NCBI GenBank assembly: GCA_963697285.1
Contig: CAVONI010000012.1
Location: 383,548 to 447,547, forward strand
Length of the DNA: 64,000 nucleotides
Reading direction: 5' to 3'
Origin: an uncultured Acidobacteriota bacterium
GTDB taxonomy: Bacteria > Acidobacteriota > Vicinamibacteria > Vicinamibacterales > JAFNAJ01
Notes under the pieces: model-generated
Told to the model about the DNA's origin: nothing
The model's input: the letters and a program-made list of their open reading frames with translations, nothing else
The model's database searches: none
Shown here: piece by piece, positions 37,729 through 45,127 of the stretch
Layout of the letters: each line of letters starts with the position of its first letter
How positions within the stretch are numbered: the first letter of the stretch is position 1
Position numbers and translations under genes: made by a program

Positions 37729-37766
37729 CGAGCCTCGCGTGATCGCCATCGACCACGCGAGGCTCG
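37729..37766 (-). other. Perfect 13-bp inverted repeat (12-nt loop) between the two paralog genes
   Basis: cgagcctcgcgtg (37729-37741) pairs with cacgcgaggctcg (37754-37766). A second hairpin, gcgagcc-a-ggctcgc (37776-37790), abuts the upstream stop codon. Confidence 0.7.
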
Positions 37767-37789
37767 CAGGGTGCTGCGAGCCAGGCTCG

Positions 37790-38284
37790 CTACTTCGAGA
37801 AGTCGGTGGCCAGCGTCAGGTTGACGCGGCTCGTGCCTCCGCCGAATGCCCCCGACACGCGCTTGTAGATCTCCTGCTGCTCTTCCGGGAAGGCCGCGTA
37901 GAGAAGCTTGAGCAGCGTCTGCATCGAGTAGTCGGCGTCCTTGACCGCGGGGTTCACCATCACGACGTACGTGACGTTGCCATTGGCGGGCGCGTCGGTC
38001 GACTTGTAGACCTGGATGCCCTTGGCCATCTCGACGTGCGTGGGTTCGGACGACTTCTGCATCGCGATCTTCAACTTCGCCATGATCCAGTCGAAGTCTT
38101 CGGTCCGGTCTGCCTTGATCTGGTGGAACATCACGCCCGCACCGGAGTTCAGGGTGAGCGCCGGTGGCGCCGCGGCAGCGGGTGCCTCCTGGGCAAGCGC
38201 ACTGGTGGCACACGTCAACACGAACATGGCCGCGACCGCCGCCGCAACCCGAGCACAGGCCCCGCCAAACGACTTCTCGAACAT
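37790..38284 (-). CDS. Secreted hypothetical protein, paralog B
   Basis: ATG 38284 follows a strong GGAGGTG Shine-Dalgarno sequence. Signal peptide ...MFVLTCATSALA|QE. The domain is homologous to paralog A. Confidence 0.6.
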   Translation of the reverse strand: MFEKSFGGACARVAAAVAAMFVLTCATSALAQEAPAAAAPPALTLNSGAGVMFHQIKADRTEDFDWIMAKLKIAMQKSSEPTHVEMAKGIQVYKSTDAPANGNVTYVVMVNPAVKDADYSMQTLLKLLYAAFPEEQQEIYKRVSGAFGGGTSRVNLTLATDFSK

Positions 38285-38431
38285 CCCCACCTCCAAGGCT
38301 AGTAACGGAATCGACACTGTAGCGTACTCGGGACTCAGACGAAAACGTTCATCACGTCATTGGCCAACAGCCGGCCACGATCGGTCAACGACCATCGGTC
38401 CGCCTCCAGCACGAGCCCCAGGCGGCGGCGC

Positions 38432-39286
38432 CTACGTGCCCGCGCGTCCGCCGCTCCACTTCAGTTGGCCGTCACCCTGGTCTGGCGCGCGCAGTTGCGC
38501 GCGGGCCGGGTTTGCGCGTCCAGGCAGGGTCCGGGTCCGCATCGGCTGCTGCTTGCGCTGCTGCCACATCATGCGGAGGTCGTCGACATCACCGTTCGGC
38601 GGCAGCTCGCGGTAGTCGGCACCGTCGAGATGCACGAACTCGCACATCTCGTGCAGTCGCGAGCGCATGCGGTAGCCGATGCGGCACAGCAGCGAGTCGG
38701 GATCGGAGATGTCGGGCTTGTCGTCGTAGTTCGACGTGAACATCGTCGTCTTCCGCTCGGAGTAGCGATGGTTGACGATGAGGTTCAGCGTCTCCTCCAC
38801 CCACTCCGATGACTTCTCGGCGCCGAGGTCGTCGAGCACGAGCAGGTCGCACCCGAGCACCGGCCGCAGCACGTCGCTTTCGGTGACGGGCACCGACGCG
38901 TCGTACGTCTGCCGCACGGCACGCAGGAGTTCGCGCGTGTCGTAGAACACCGCGTGCACGCGCTTGCGTTCGACGATGGCCTTGAGGGCGGCGACGGCGA
39001 TGTGGGTCTTCCCCACCCCGGGCGGGCCGAGCAGGAACAGTCCGCGGTCGACCGCCGGGAACTTGTCGACCAGCGTCCTGGCCGCGCTCACGGCGCGCAG
39101 GAGCGACTCGTTGCCGTAGGTGACGAAATCGTCGAGCGAACAGTGCTGGTAGCGGCGCGGCAGCCTGGCGTCGGTCAGCAGTCGCGTCGCCAGCGCGTCG
39201 CGCCAGCAGTCGCACCGCGTGACAAAGCGTGCGCCGTCACGTTCGACAGGCTTCCAACCAGAGTCGTCACACAGGGGACAGGGCAT
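38432..39286 (-). CDS. DnaC/DnaI-like AAA+ ATPase (putative helicase loader) with an N-terminal Cys4 zinc ribbon
   Basis: Begins MPCPLCDDSGW...RCDCW. Walker A is GPPGVGKTH and Walker B is LLVLDDLG, with TSNY after it. No transposase is adjacent. Confidence 0.7.
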   Translation of the reverse strand: MPCPLCDDSGWKPVERDGARFVTRCDCWRDALATRLLTDARLPRRYQHCSLDDFVTYGNESLLRAVSAARTLVDKFPAVDRGLFLLGPPGVGKTHIAVAALKAIVERKRVHAVFYDTRELLRAVRQTYDASVPVTESDVLRPVLGCDLLVLDDLGAEKSSEWVEETLNLIVNHRYSERKTTMFTSNYDDKPDISDPDSLLCRIGYRMRSRLHEMCEFVHLDGADYRELPPNGDVDDLRMMWQQRKQQPMRTRTLPGRANPARAQLRAPDQGDGQLKWSGGRAGT

Positions 39287-39334
39287 CGCGGTTTCCCGAA
39301 CTGCACGGGCCGTCGATGATAGCGCGCGGGTGTG

Positions 39335-39359
39335 AAAAAAGCGACCAGCCGCGCCGGTC
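39335..39359 (-). terminator. Rho-independent terminator after hspR
   Basis: The minus strand reads GACCGGC-GCG-GCTGGTC, a 7-bp stem with one G-U pair, followed by GCTTTTTTCAC. The T6 run is striking in this GC-rich context. The stem overlaps the hspR stop codon. Confidence 0.6.
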
Positions 39360-39756
39360 ACTCCTCGCGCGCGGCGGATCGGGCCAGCGGGGCGGGCGAC
39401 GACTTGACCATGGCCGTGTTGAGGCGCTGCTCCCACTCGCCCAGCCCGCGCGCGAGCTCACCCTTCACATACTCCATGAACTCGTTGACCTCGTGCTGCA
39501 TCTGCTCCATCTTCGCCCGCATGTTGAGGATGATCTCGACGCCTGCCAGGTTCACGCCCAGGTCGCGCGTGAGCGACAGGATGGTCTCGAGCCGCTCACA
39601 GTCGGCGTCGGAGAACATCCGCGTGTTGCCCTCGGTGCGCGACGGCATGAGCAGCCCTTCGCGCTCGTAGAGCCGCAGGGTCTGGGGATGGATGTCGTAG
39701 CGCGACGCGACCGCACTGATCGTGTACAGCGCCTTGCCTGCGCGTGGTGCGGTCAT
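39358..39756 (-). CDS. hspR: Heat-shock repressor HspR (MerR family)
   Basis: 132 aa containing YTISAVASRYDIHPQTLRLYEREGLL.PSRTEGNTR.F. It lies downstream of dnaJ, as in actinobacterial-type dnaK operons. Confidence 0.85.
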   Translation of the reverse strand: MTAPRAGKALYTISAVASRYDIHPQTLRLYEREGLLMPSRTEGNTRMFSDADCERLETILSLTRDLGVNLAGVEIILNMRAKMEQMQHEVNEFMEYVKGELARGLGEWEQRLNTAMVKSSPAPLARSAAREE

Positions 39757-40856
39757 GATGTGCGTCCGTCCTCGGATATCGGTGGGTGGAAGTGCGCTCG
39801 GACGTCGTCTGTCTGCAGGCGCCCGAACTCCCGGAGCAGTTCCTTGGAACGCTCGTCGAGCACGCGTGGCAGCACGAGGCGCACGTCGACCAGGAGATCG
39901 CCTGCCGGGCCGTGGCGCTGGGGGGCGCCTCGCTCGCGCAGCCTGAAGCGCTGTCCCGACTGCGTGCCCGGCGGCACGCGGACACTCACGGGCCCCGTCG
40001 GCGACGGCACCTGGATCCGCGTCCCGAGCGCGGCTTCGTGGAGGGCGAGCGGCACGTCGATGATCACGTCGTCACCCTCACGCCTGAAGAACGGGTGCGG
40101 CGCCACGCTCACGGCGAGGCGCAGGTCACCGGGCGGGCCGCCGCGGCGGCCTGCGTGCCCCTGCCCCGGGACGGTGAGTTCCGCGCCGTCGTGCACACCC
40201 GGCGGGATCTCGATCGGAATGACGTCGGCGCGGACACCCACGCCCTCGCCACCGCACGCCTGGCAGGTGTGCACGCGCACGACGCCGCCTCCGTTGCAGG
40301 CGGCGCACGTGCGCGCGAAGATCATGTGGCCACGCGTCCCGCGGACGTGTCCGGCCCCGCCGCACGCGTGGCAGCGCAGTTCCGCCCCTTCGACGATGCC
40401 GTGGCCCCCGCAGGGCCCACACGGCTCGAGCCGTGTCAGGCGCATGTCCACCGTGACGCCGCGTATCGCATCCTCGAAGGTCAACGAGAGCCGGTCGTGC
40501 AGGTCGGCGCCTCGCTCCGGCTCCTGCCGGCGGACTCGCGCGTGAATCACCTCGCCGAACAGGTCGCCAAACGTCGACGCCCGGGCGCCGTCCGCGCGCT
40601 GCGTGAAGTCGAACCCCTCGAAGGCCACCGATGCGTCGACGCGCACGTCGGCGAACTTGCCACTGTCGTACAACCGGCGTCGATCGGGCTGGCTCAGCGT
40701 CTCGAATGCCTGGACGACATCACGGTAGACGCGCGCTGCCTCGGCGTCGCCAGGATTGACGTCGGGATGGAAGCGTCGCGCCAACCGCTTGTACGCACGC
40801 TTGATCTCGTCGCCTGACGCCTCGCGGGGCACGCCGAGAATCATGTAGAGGTTCAT
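39753..40856 (-). CDS. dnaJ: Molecular chaperone DnaJ (type I, with zinc-finger domain)
   Basis: From ATG 40856. The J domain reads YMILGVPREASGDEIKRAYKRLARRFHPD. Four CxxCxGxG repeats are present (CGPCGGHG, CHACGGAG, CAACNGGG, CQACGGEG). Confidence 0.85.
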   Translation of the reverse strand: MNLYMILGVPREASGDEIKRAYKRLARRFHPDVNPGDAEAARVYRDVVQAFETLSQPDRRRLYDSGKFADVRVDASVAFEGFDFTQRADGARASTFGDLFGEVIHARVRRQEPERGADLHDRLSLTFEDAIRGVTVDMRLTRLEPCGPCGGHGIVEGAELRCHACGGAGHVRGTRGHMIFARTCAACNGGGVVRVHTCQACGGEGVGVRADVIPIEIPPGVHDGAELTVPGQGHAGRRGGPPGDLRLAVSVAPHPFFRREGDDVIIDVPLALHEAALGTRIQVPSPTGPVSVRVPPGTQSGQRFRLRERGAPQRHGPAGDLLVDVRLVLPRVLDERSKELLREFGRLQTDDVRAHFHPPISEDGRTS

Positions 40857-40894
40857 CGTGCACACCACCTCGCACTCGTGGGTGCGGTGCACGG

Positions 40895-40923
40895 CCCGCC
40901 GGCGCCCTGACGACGCCGGCGGG
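40895..40923 (-). other. Perfect 10-bp stem-loop in the dnaK-dnaJ intercistronic spacer
   Basis: The minus strand reads CCCGCCGGCG-TCGTCAGGG-CGCCGGCGGG, just after the dnaK stop. It could be a partial terminator or an mRNA stability element. Confidence 0.55.
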
Positions 40924-40930
40924 TCGCGTC

Positions 40931-42847
40931 CTACTTCTTGTCGTCGACGATCTCGGCGTCAATCACGTCGCCGTCGGCGGCCTGGCTCCTACCTGACGGA
41001 TCGCCGCCGGGCGTGCCGGCCCCGGGGCCGTCGTGCGGCGCCCCGCTCGTCTGCGCGGTCTTGTAGAGCACCTCGGCGACCTTGTGCTGCGCCTGCAGCA
41101 GCGCGGTCACGCCCGTCTGCATCGCCGCCGCATCGTTCGACTCGATCGCCTTCTTGAGTTCAGCGATCGCGGCCTCGACTGGCGCCTTGTCGCTCGCCGT
41201 GATCTTGTCGCCCGCATCGGCCAGCAGCTTCTCGGCCGCGTAGACGGCCTGGTCGGCACGGTTGCGCGCCTCCGCCTCCTCCTTGAGCTTGCGGTCGGCC
41301 TCGGCGTGCGCCTCGGCCTCCTTCATCATCCGGTCGACTTCGTCCTTGCTCAGGCCGCTGCTCGCCGTGATGGTGATCTTCTGCTCCTGGCCGGTGCCCC
41401 GATCCTTCGCCGACACGTGCACCATGCCGTTGGCGTCGATGTCGAACGTGACCTCGATCTGCGGCACGCCACGAGGCGCGGGCGGCAGGCCCACGAGGTG
41501 GAAACGCCCCAGCGTGCGGTTGTCGCGCGCCATCGGACGCTCGCCCTGCAGCACGTGCACCTCGACGCTCGTCTGGCTGTCGGCCGCCGTCGAGAACACC
41601 TCGCTCTTCTTCGACGGGATGGTCGTGTTGCGCGGTATCAGCGTGGTCATGACCCCGCCAAGCGTCTCGATGCCCAGCGACAGCGGCGTCACGTCGAGCA
41701 GCAACAGGTCCTTGACCTCGCCCGACAGGACACCGGCCTGCACCGCGGCGCCAATCGCCACCACCTCGTCGGGATTGACACCCTTGTGCGGTTCGCGCTG
41801 GAAGAACTCCTTGACCAGTTGCTGCACGCGCGGGATTCGCGTCGACCCTCCCACGAGGACGACTTCGTCGATCTCCTTCGCCGAGAGGCGGGCGTCGGCC
41901 AGCGCCTTGCGGCACGGCTCCATCGTCCGCTGCAACAGCTCGTCGACCAGGTTCTCGAACTTCGCGCGGCTCAGGCGCATCGACAGGTGCTTGGGCCCGC
42001 TCGCATCCGCCGTGATGAACGGCAGGCTGATGTCGGTCTCCATCACCGTCGACAGCTCCATCTTCGCCTTCTCGGCGGCTTCGCGCAGCCGCTGGAGCGC
42101 CATGCGGTCCTTCGACAGGTCGATGCCCTCGTCCTTGCGGAACTCCGCGATGATCCACTCGATGATCCGCTGGTCGAGGTTGTCGCCACCAAGGTGCGTG
42201 TCGCCGTTGGTCGACTTCACCTGCACGACATCGCCACCGACCTCGAGGATCGAGATGTCGAAGGTGCCGCCACCGAAGTCGTAGACGGCGATCACCTCGT
42301 CGGACTTCTTGTCGAGCCCGTACGCCAGCGCCGCCGCCGTCGGCTCGTTGACGATGCGCTTGACGTCGAGTCCAGCGATCTTGCCCGCTTCCTTGGTGGC
42401 CTGCCGCTGGGCGTCGTTGAAGTACGCGGGCACAGTGATCACCGCCTCGGTGACCGGCTCGCCCAGGTACGCCTCGGCCGCCTGCTTGAGCTTCTGCAGG
42501 ACCATCGCCGAAATCTGCGGGGGCGCCCACTTCTCGCCGTTGGCCTTGATGCGGACGTCTGACCCTTCGGGCTCCACGGCGTAGGGCACCATCTTCATCT
42601 CTTCGTTCACTTCGTCGAAGCGACGACCCATGAAGCGCTTGATCGAGAAGATGGTGTTCTCGGGATTCGTGACCGCCTGGCGCTTGGCAACCTGCCCGAC
42701 GAGTCGCTCCCCGGATTTCGCGAACCCGACAACGGACGGGGTCAGCCGGCTGCCCTCCTGGTTGGTGATGACGACGGGTTCTCCGCCTTCCATGACGGCG
42801 ACCACCGAGTTCGTGGTGCCGAGGTCAATCCCGATGATCTTGCCCAT
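40931..42847 (-). CDS. dnaK: Molecular chaperone DnaK (Hsp70)
   Basis: From ATG 42847 ([14 protein letters not shown]). Canonical Hsp70 motifs run throughout ([18 protein letters not shown]). Confidence 0.95.
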   Translation of the reverse strand: MGKIIGIDLGTTNSVVAVMEGGEPVVITNQEGSRLTPSVVGFAKSGERLVGQVAKRQAVTNPENTIFSIKRFMGRRFDEVNEEMKMVPYAVEPEGSDVRIKANGEKWAPPQISAMVLQKLKQAAEAYLGEPVTEAVITVPAYFNDAQRQATKEAGKIAGLDVKRIVNEPTAAALAYGLDKKSDEVIAVYDFGGGTFDISILEVGGDVVQVKSTNGDTHLGGDNLDQRIIEWIIAEFRKDEGIDLSKDRMALQRLREAAEKAKMELSTVMETDISLPFITADASGPKHLSMRLSRAKFENLVDELLQRTMEPCRKALADARLSAKEIDEVVLVGGSTRIPRVQQLVKEFFQREPHKGVNPDEVVAIGAAVQAGVLSGEVKDLLLLDVTPLSLGIETLGGVMTTLIPRNTTIPSKKSEVFSTAADSQTSVEVHVLQGERPMARDNRTLGRFHLVGLPPAPRGVPQIEVTFDIDANGMVHVSAKDRGTGQEQKITITASSGLSKDEVDRMMKEAEAHAEADRKLKEEAEARNRADQAVYAAEKLLADAGDKITASDKAPVEAAIAELKKAIESNDAAAMQTGVTALLQAQHKVAEVLYKTAQTSGAPHDGPGAGTPGGDPSGRSQAADGDVIDAEIVDDKK

Positions 42848-42924
42848 GGCTCGTGTCCCTCTTGAACCGCCCCTGGTGGGCGACGCCCCCGGCCGTCTCT
42901 GACCGAGCAATTGATAACATGAAG

Positions 42925-42953
42925 AGCATAAATATTGAGTGTCATGATGTCAA
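42925..42953 (-). promoter_or_regulatory. Sigma-70-type promoter of the dnaK operon
   Basis: On the minus strand, TTGACA (42948-42953) is followed by a 17-nt spacer and TATGCT (42925-42930). The site lies in an AT-rich island about 80-105 nt upstream of the dnaK ATG. Confidence 0.6.
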
Positions 42954-42954
42954 G
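42934..42954 (-). promoter_or_regulatory. HAIR-like HspR operator overlapping the dnaK promoter
   Basis: The minus strand reads CTTGACA-N7-ACTCAAT, against the HAIR consensus CTTGAGT-N7-ACTCAAG (11 of 14 positions). It overlaps the -35 element and spacer. hspR is encoded in the same operon. Confidence 0.6.
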
Positions 42955-43029
42955 GCAATTTGTGTCCTCTCGCGTGACCGGCGTCCTCATGCGCCGCTCG
43001 CGTCACGCCCATTCGGAGGGCCTGCCGCG

Positions 43030-43045
43030 TGGCATCAGTCGTGCT
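43030..43045 (+). promoter_or_regulatory. Possible sigma-54 (-24/-12) promoter upstream of the FecR/DUF6600 gene
   Basis: TGGCAT-cagtc-GTGCT against the consensus TGGCAC-N5-TTGCW, with correct GG/GC spacing, about 50 nt upstream of ATG 43095. A chance match is possible in GC-rich DNA. Confidence 0.25.
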
Positions 43046-43094
43046 ACTCTCCCGAGTGCCTGCTTTTGAAATGCTCCCGCGCGGAGGAATCCCC

Positions 43095-45050
43095 ATGCGC
43101 GTCTTTCATCCGGCCTGGTTTCTTGCGGTCTTGACCGTGGCCTCGCCGCTAGCCGCACAGTCCGTTGATCCGTTCCCGTCGCCTCCCCAGGGACTCGCAG
43201 AATCAGAGCGGCCTCCAGCCTACGTGGCCACGCTCGACGGTGAGGCGACCCTCACGCGCGCCGGCGAGAGCCTGACGCTCGATCTCAACGCCCCTGTCAT
43301 CGACGGCGACCGGCTGCGAGTCGGTGCGGGGTTCGTCGAGCTGCGCTGGCCCGACGGCAGGTCCCTCTTCCTCGACAGCCGGACCTCGCTCGACATGGTG
43401 ACCGTTGACCGGTTGCGTCTCTCGGATGGCCAGGTCAGGCTCGTGGCGGGCCGGCCCTCCCCCGCGTCATGGGTCATCGACACGCCATCAGCCGAGGTTC
43501 GGCTCGATCGCGCCGTCGACACGTTCCTCATGGTCGATGCGCGCTCTGCCGCGCAGGCCGTCGAGGTCTTCAGCCTGGCCGGGGACGTCGACGTCGTCAA
43601 CGACCAGGGACGCGCAACGGCGTCGCAGGGCGAATCCATCCATGCCGAAGCGTTCCGGGCGCCGGCAGCAGGTCGCGGTCGCGTGCCGGCGGGAGGCTTT
43701 GTCGCGTGGTCGGACGCCCGCATCGCGGAGCAGCGAGCCTTCGCCTCGCAGGCGCCCGTGACCCGAGAAGGCGTGGTCGAGTATGGCGATAGCGACTACG
43801 CCGAAGATCCGACGCTCGTCCGCTACGGCACCTGGGATCGTGACCCCGAGTACGGCGCCGTCTGGTACCCGACAGCCCCTGAAACGTGGCAACCGTACTA
43901 CTATGGCCGCTGGGAATCTGCCGGCCGCTACGGGAACGTCTGGGTCGGCACCGATCCCTGGAGCTATCGCACCCATCACTACGGCCGGTGGGGACATCGC
44001 GGCGGACGATGGTTCTGGATTCCCGGGCGGACCTGGGCATCGGCATGGGTCAGCTGGGCCGTTGGTCCCGGCTACGTGAGCTGGAGTCCGCTGGGCTACG
44101 ACAACCGTCCCGTGTTCAGTTTCAACCTCTCGATCGGGTCTACATACAACCGCGGCTACCGGAACGGCTACGACGGGTGGTCTGGGTGGACGGTCGTCCC
44201 GACGGATCGCTGGCGCGTGCGCGGACGGGTCGATCGCTACGCGGTGAATCCACGGCAGCTACCGGCTCAGGTCCGCGGCGCCTTCGTCACGCAGTCGATG
44301 GCACCCAACCGTGGCAACCTCTCGCGGATGGGCCGTGAGGGCTACGGGCTGTCACGCGCTGGCGGTGGAGATGCGCGCGACACCTTCCGCGGCACCGGGC
44401 CGACGCGGATCGACCGCGGCGCCCCCGTCGCCCCACCCCTCCAACGGGGTGCCGAGCGCGCTGCCACGTCGCCGTACGAACGGGCGCGGCGGGCGACCGA
44501 CCCGCGCAACGTGCCACAGGGTTCGCAGGTTCCCCGCGGAGAGTCGCCGTCCGGGGCCGTCCGGCGGCCGTCAGGCGACGACGTCGGGAGCGGTCGCCCG
44601 GCGTACGCTCCGCGCATCCCGCCGTCGGGGGTCGACAACAGCCGAAGCAATCCCGGCGTCTATGGCCGACGCGAACGTCCGGCGTCGCCGGCAGACGCAG
44701 GCCGTCCCGCAGCCCCGACGTACACGCCTCGCAGCGAACCACGGGCCTACGAACCGCGTCCCCAGGCGCCGCGCGTTGAATCGCGGCCTTACGACATCCG
44801 CGAGCGGGCGCCACGCAGCGAGCCGAGAGCGTACGATTCCGGCGATCGACCGCAACGCGGCGACGCCGCGCGATCACGCGAATACTCACGCCCCGCGCCC
44901 CCGGCCCCGCGCGGCGACAGCGCGGGCGGCGCCGTGTCGCGACCGCGTGACTCGAGTCCGCCTTCGGGCGGGCGCCTGGCATCTCCGGGAGGCGGAGAGC
45001 GCTCGCGATCGAATCGGGTTCCGCCGCCACGTCCTCCGCGCGAACCTTAG
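43095..45050 (+). CDS. Secreted FecR-like / DUF6600-type protein with a long Arg/Pro-rich disordered tail
   Basis: ATG 43095 follows GGAGGA. Signal peptide MRVFHPAWFLAVLTVASPLAAQ. The Trp/Tyr-rich block YGTWDRDPEYGAVWYP...WQPYYYGRW...HHYGRWGHRGGRWFWIPG is typical of DUF6600. The tail contains a repeated PRSEPRAY. Confidence 0.6.
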   Translation: MRVFHPAWFLAVLTVASPLAAQSVDPFPSPPQGLAESERPPAYVATLDGEATLTRAGESLTLDLNAPVIDGDRLRVGAGFVELRWPDGRSLFLDSRTSLDMVTVDRLRLSDGQVRLVAGRPSPASWVIDTPSAEVRLDRAVDTFLMVDARSAAQAVEVFSLAGDVDVVNDQGRATASQGESIHAEAFRAPAAGRGRVPAGGFVAWSDARIAEQRAFASQAPVTREGVVEYGDSDYAEDPTLVRYGTWDRDPEYGAVWYPTAPETWQPYYYGRWESAGRYGNVWVGTDPWSYRTHHYGRWGHRGGRWFWIPGRTWASAWVSWAVGPGYVSWSPLGYDNRPVFSFNLSIGSTYNRGYRNGYDGWSGWTVVPTDRWRVRGRVDRYAVNPRQLPAQVRGAFVTQSMAPNRGNLSRMGREGYGLSRAGGGDARDTFRGTGPTRIDRGAPVAPPLQRGAERAATSPYERARRATDPRNVPQGSQVPRGESPSGAVRRPSGDDVGSGRPAYAPRIPPSGVDNSRSNPGVYGRRERPASPADAGRPAAPTYTPRSEPRAYEPRPQAPRVESRPYDIRERAPRSEPRAYDSGDRPQRGDAARSREYSRPAPPAPRGDSAGGAVSRPRDSSPPSGGRLASPGGGERSRSNRVPPPRPPREP

Positions 45051-45127
45051 CGCGTCGGGTTCTTTCCTCGACGGGTGAGCGGTCTTGCCGCCCACCCGTC
45101 ATCGGTGTACGACACGACCACGCCATC

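Noticed and set aside
38432-39286. The DnaC/IstB-like ATPase as the helper gene of an IS21-type mobile element.
   Set aside because: There is no IstA-like transposase ORF on either side and no terminal inverted repeats. The protein carries a DnaI-like N-terminal Cys4 zinc ribbon and sits in a housekeeping context. It is better explained as a helicase-loader-type AAA+ protein.
44560-45050. The Arg/Pro-rich C-terminal tail of the FecR/DUF6600 protein, with its repeated PRSEPRAY, as a nucleotide-level tandem repeat or a mis-framed region.
   Set aside because: The two PRSEPRAY copies use different codons, so this is not a DNA repeat. The frame is continuous with the well-supported DUF6600 block. 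A low-complexity disordered tail is the simplest reading.
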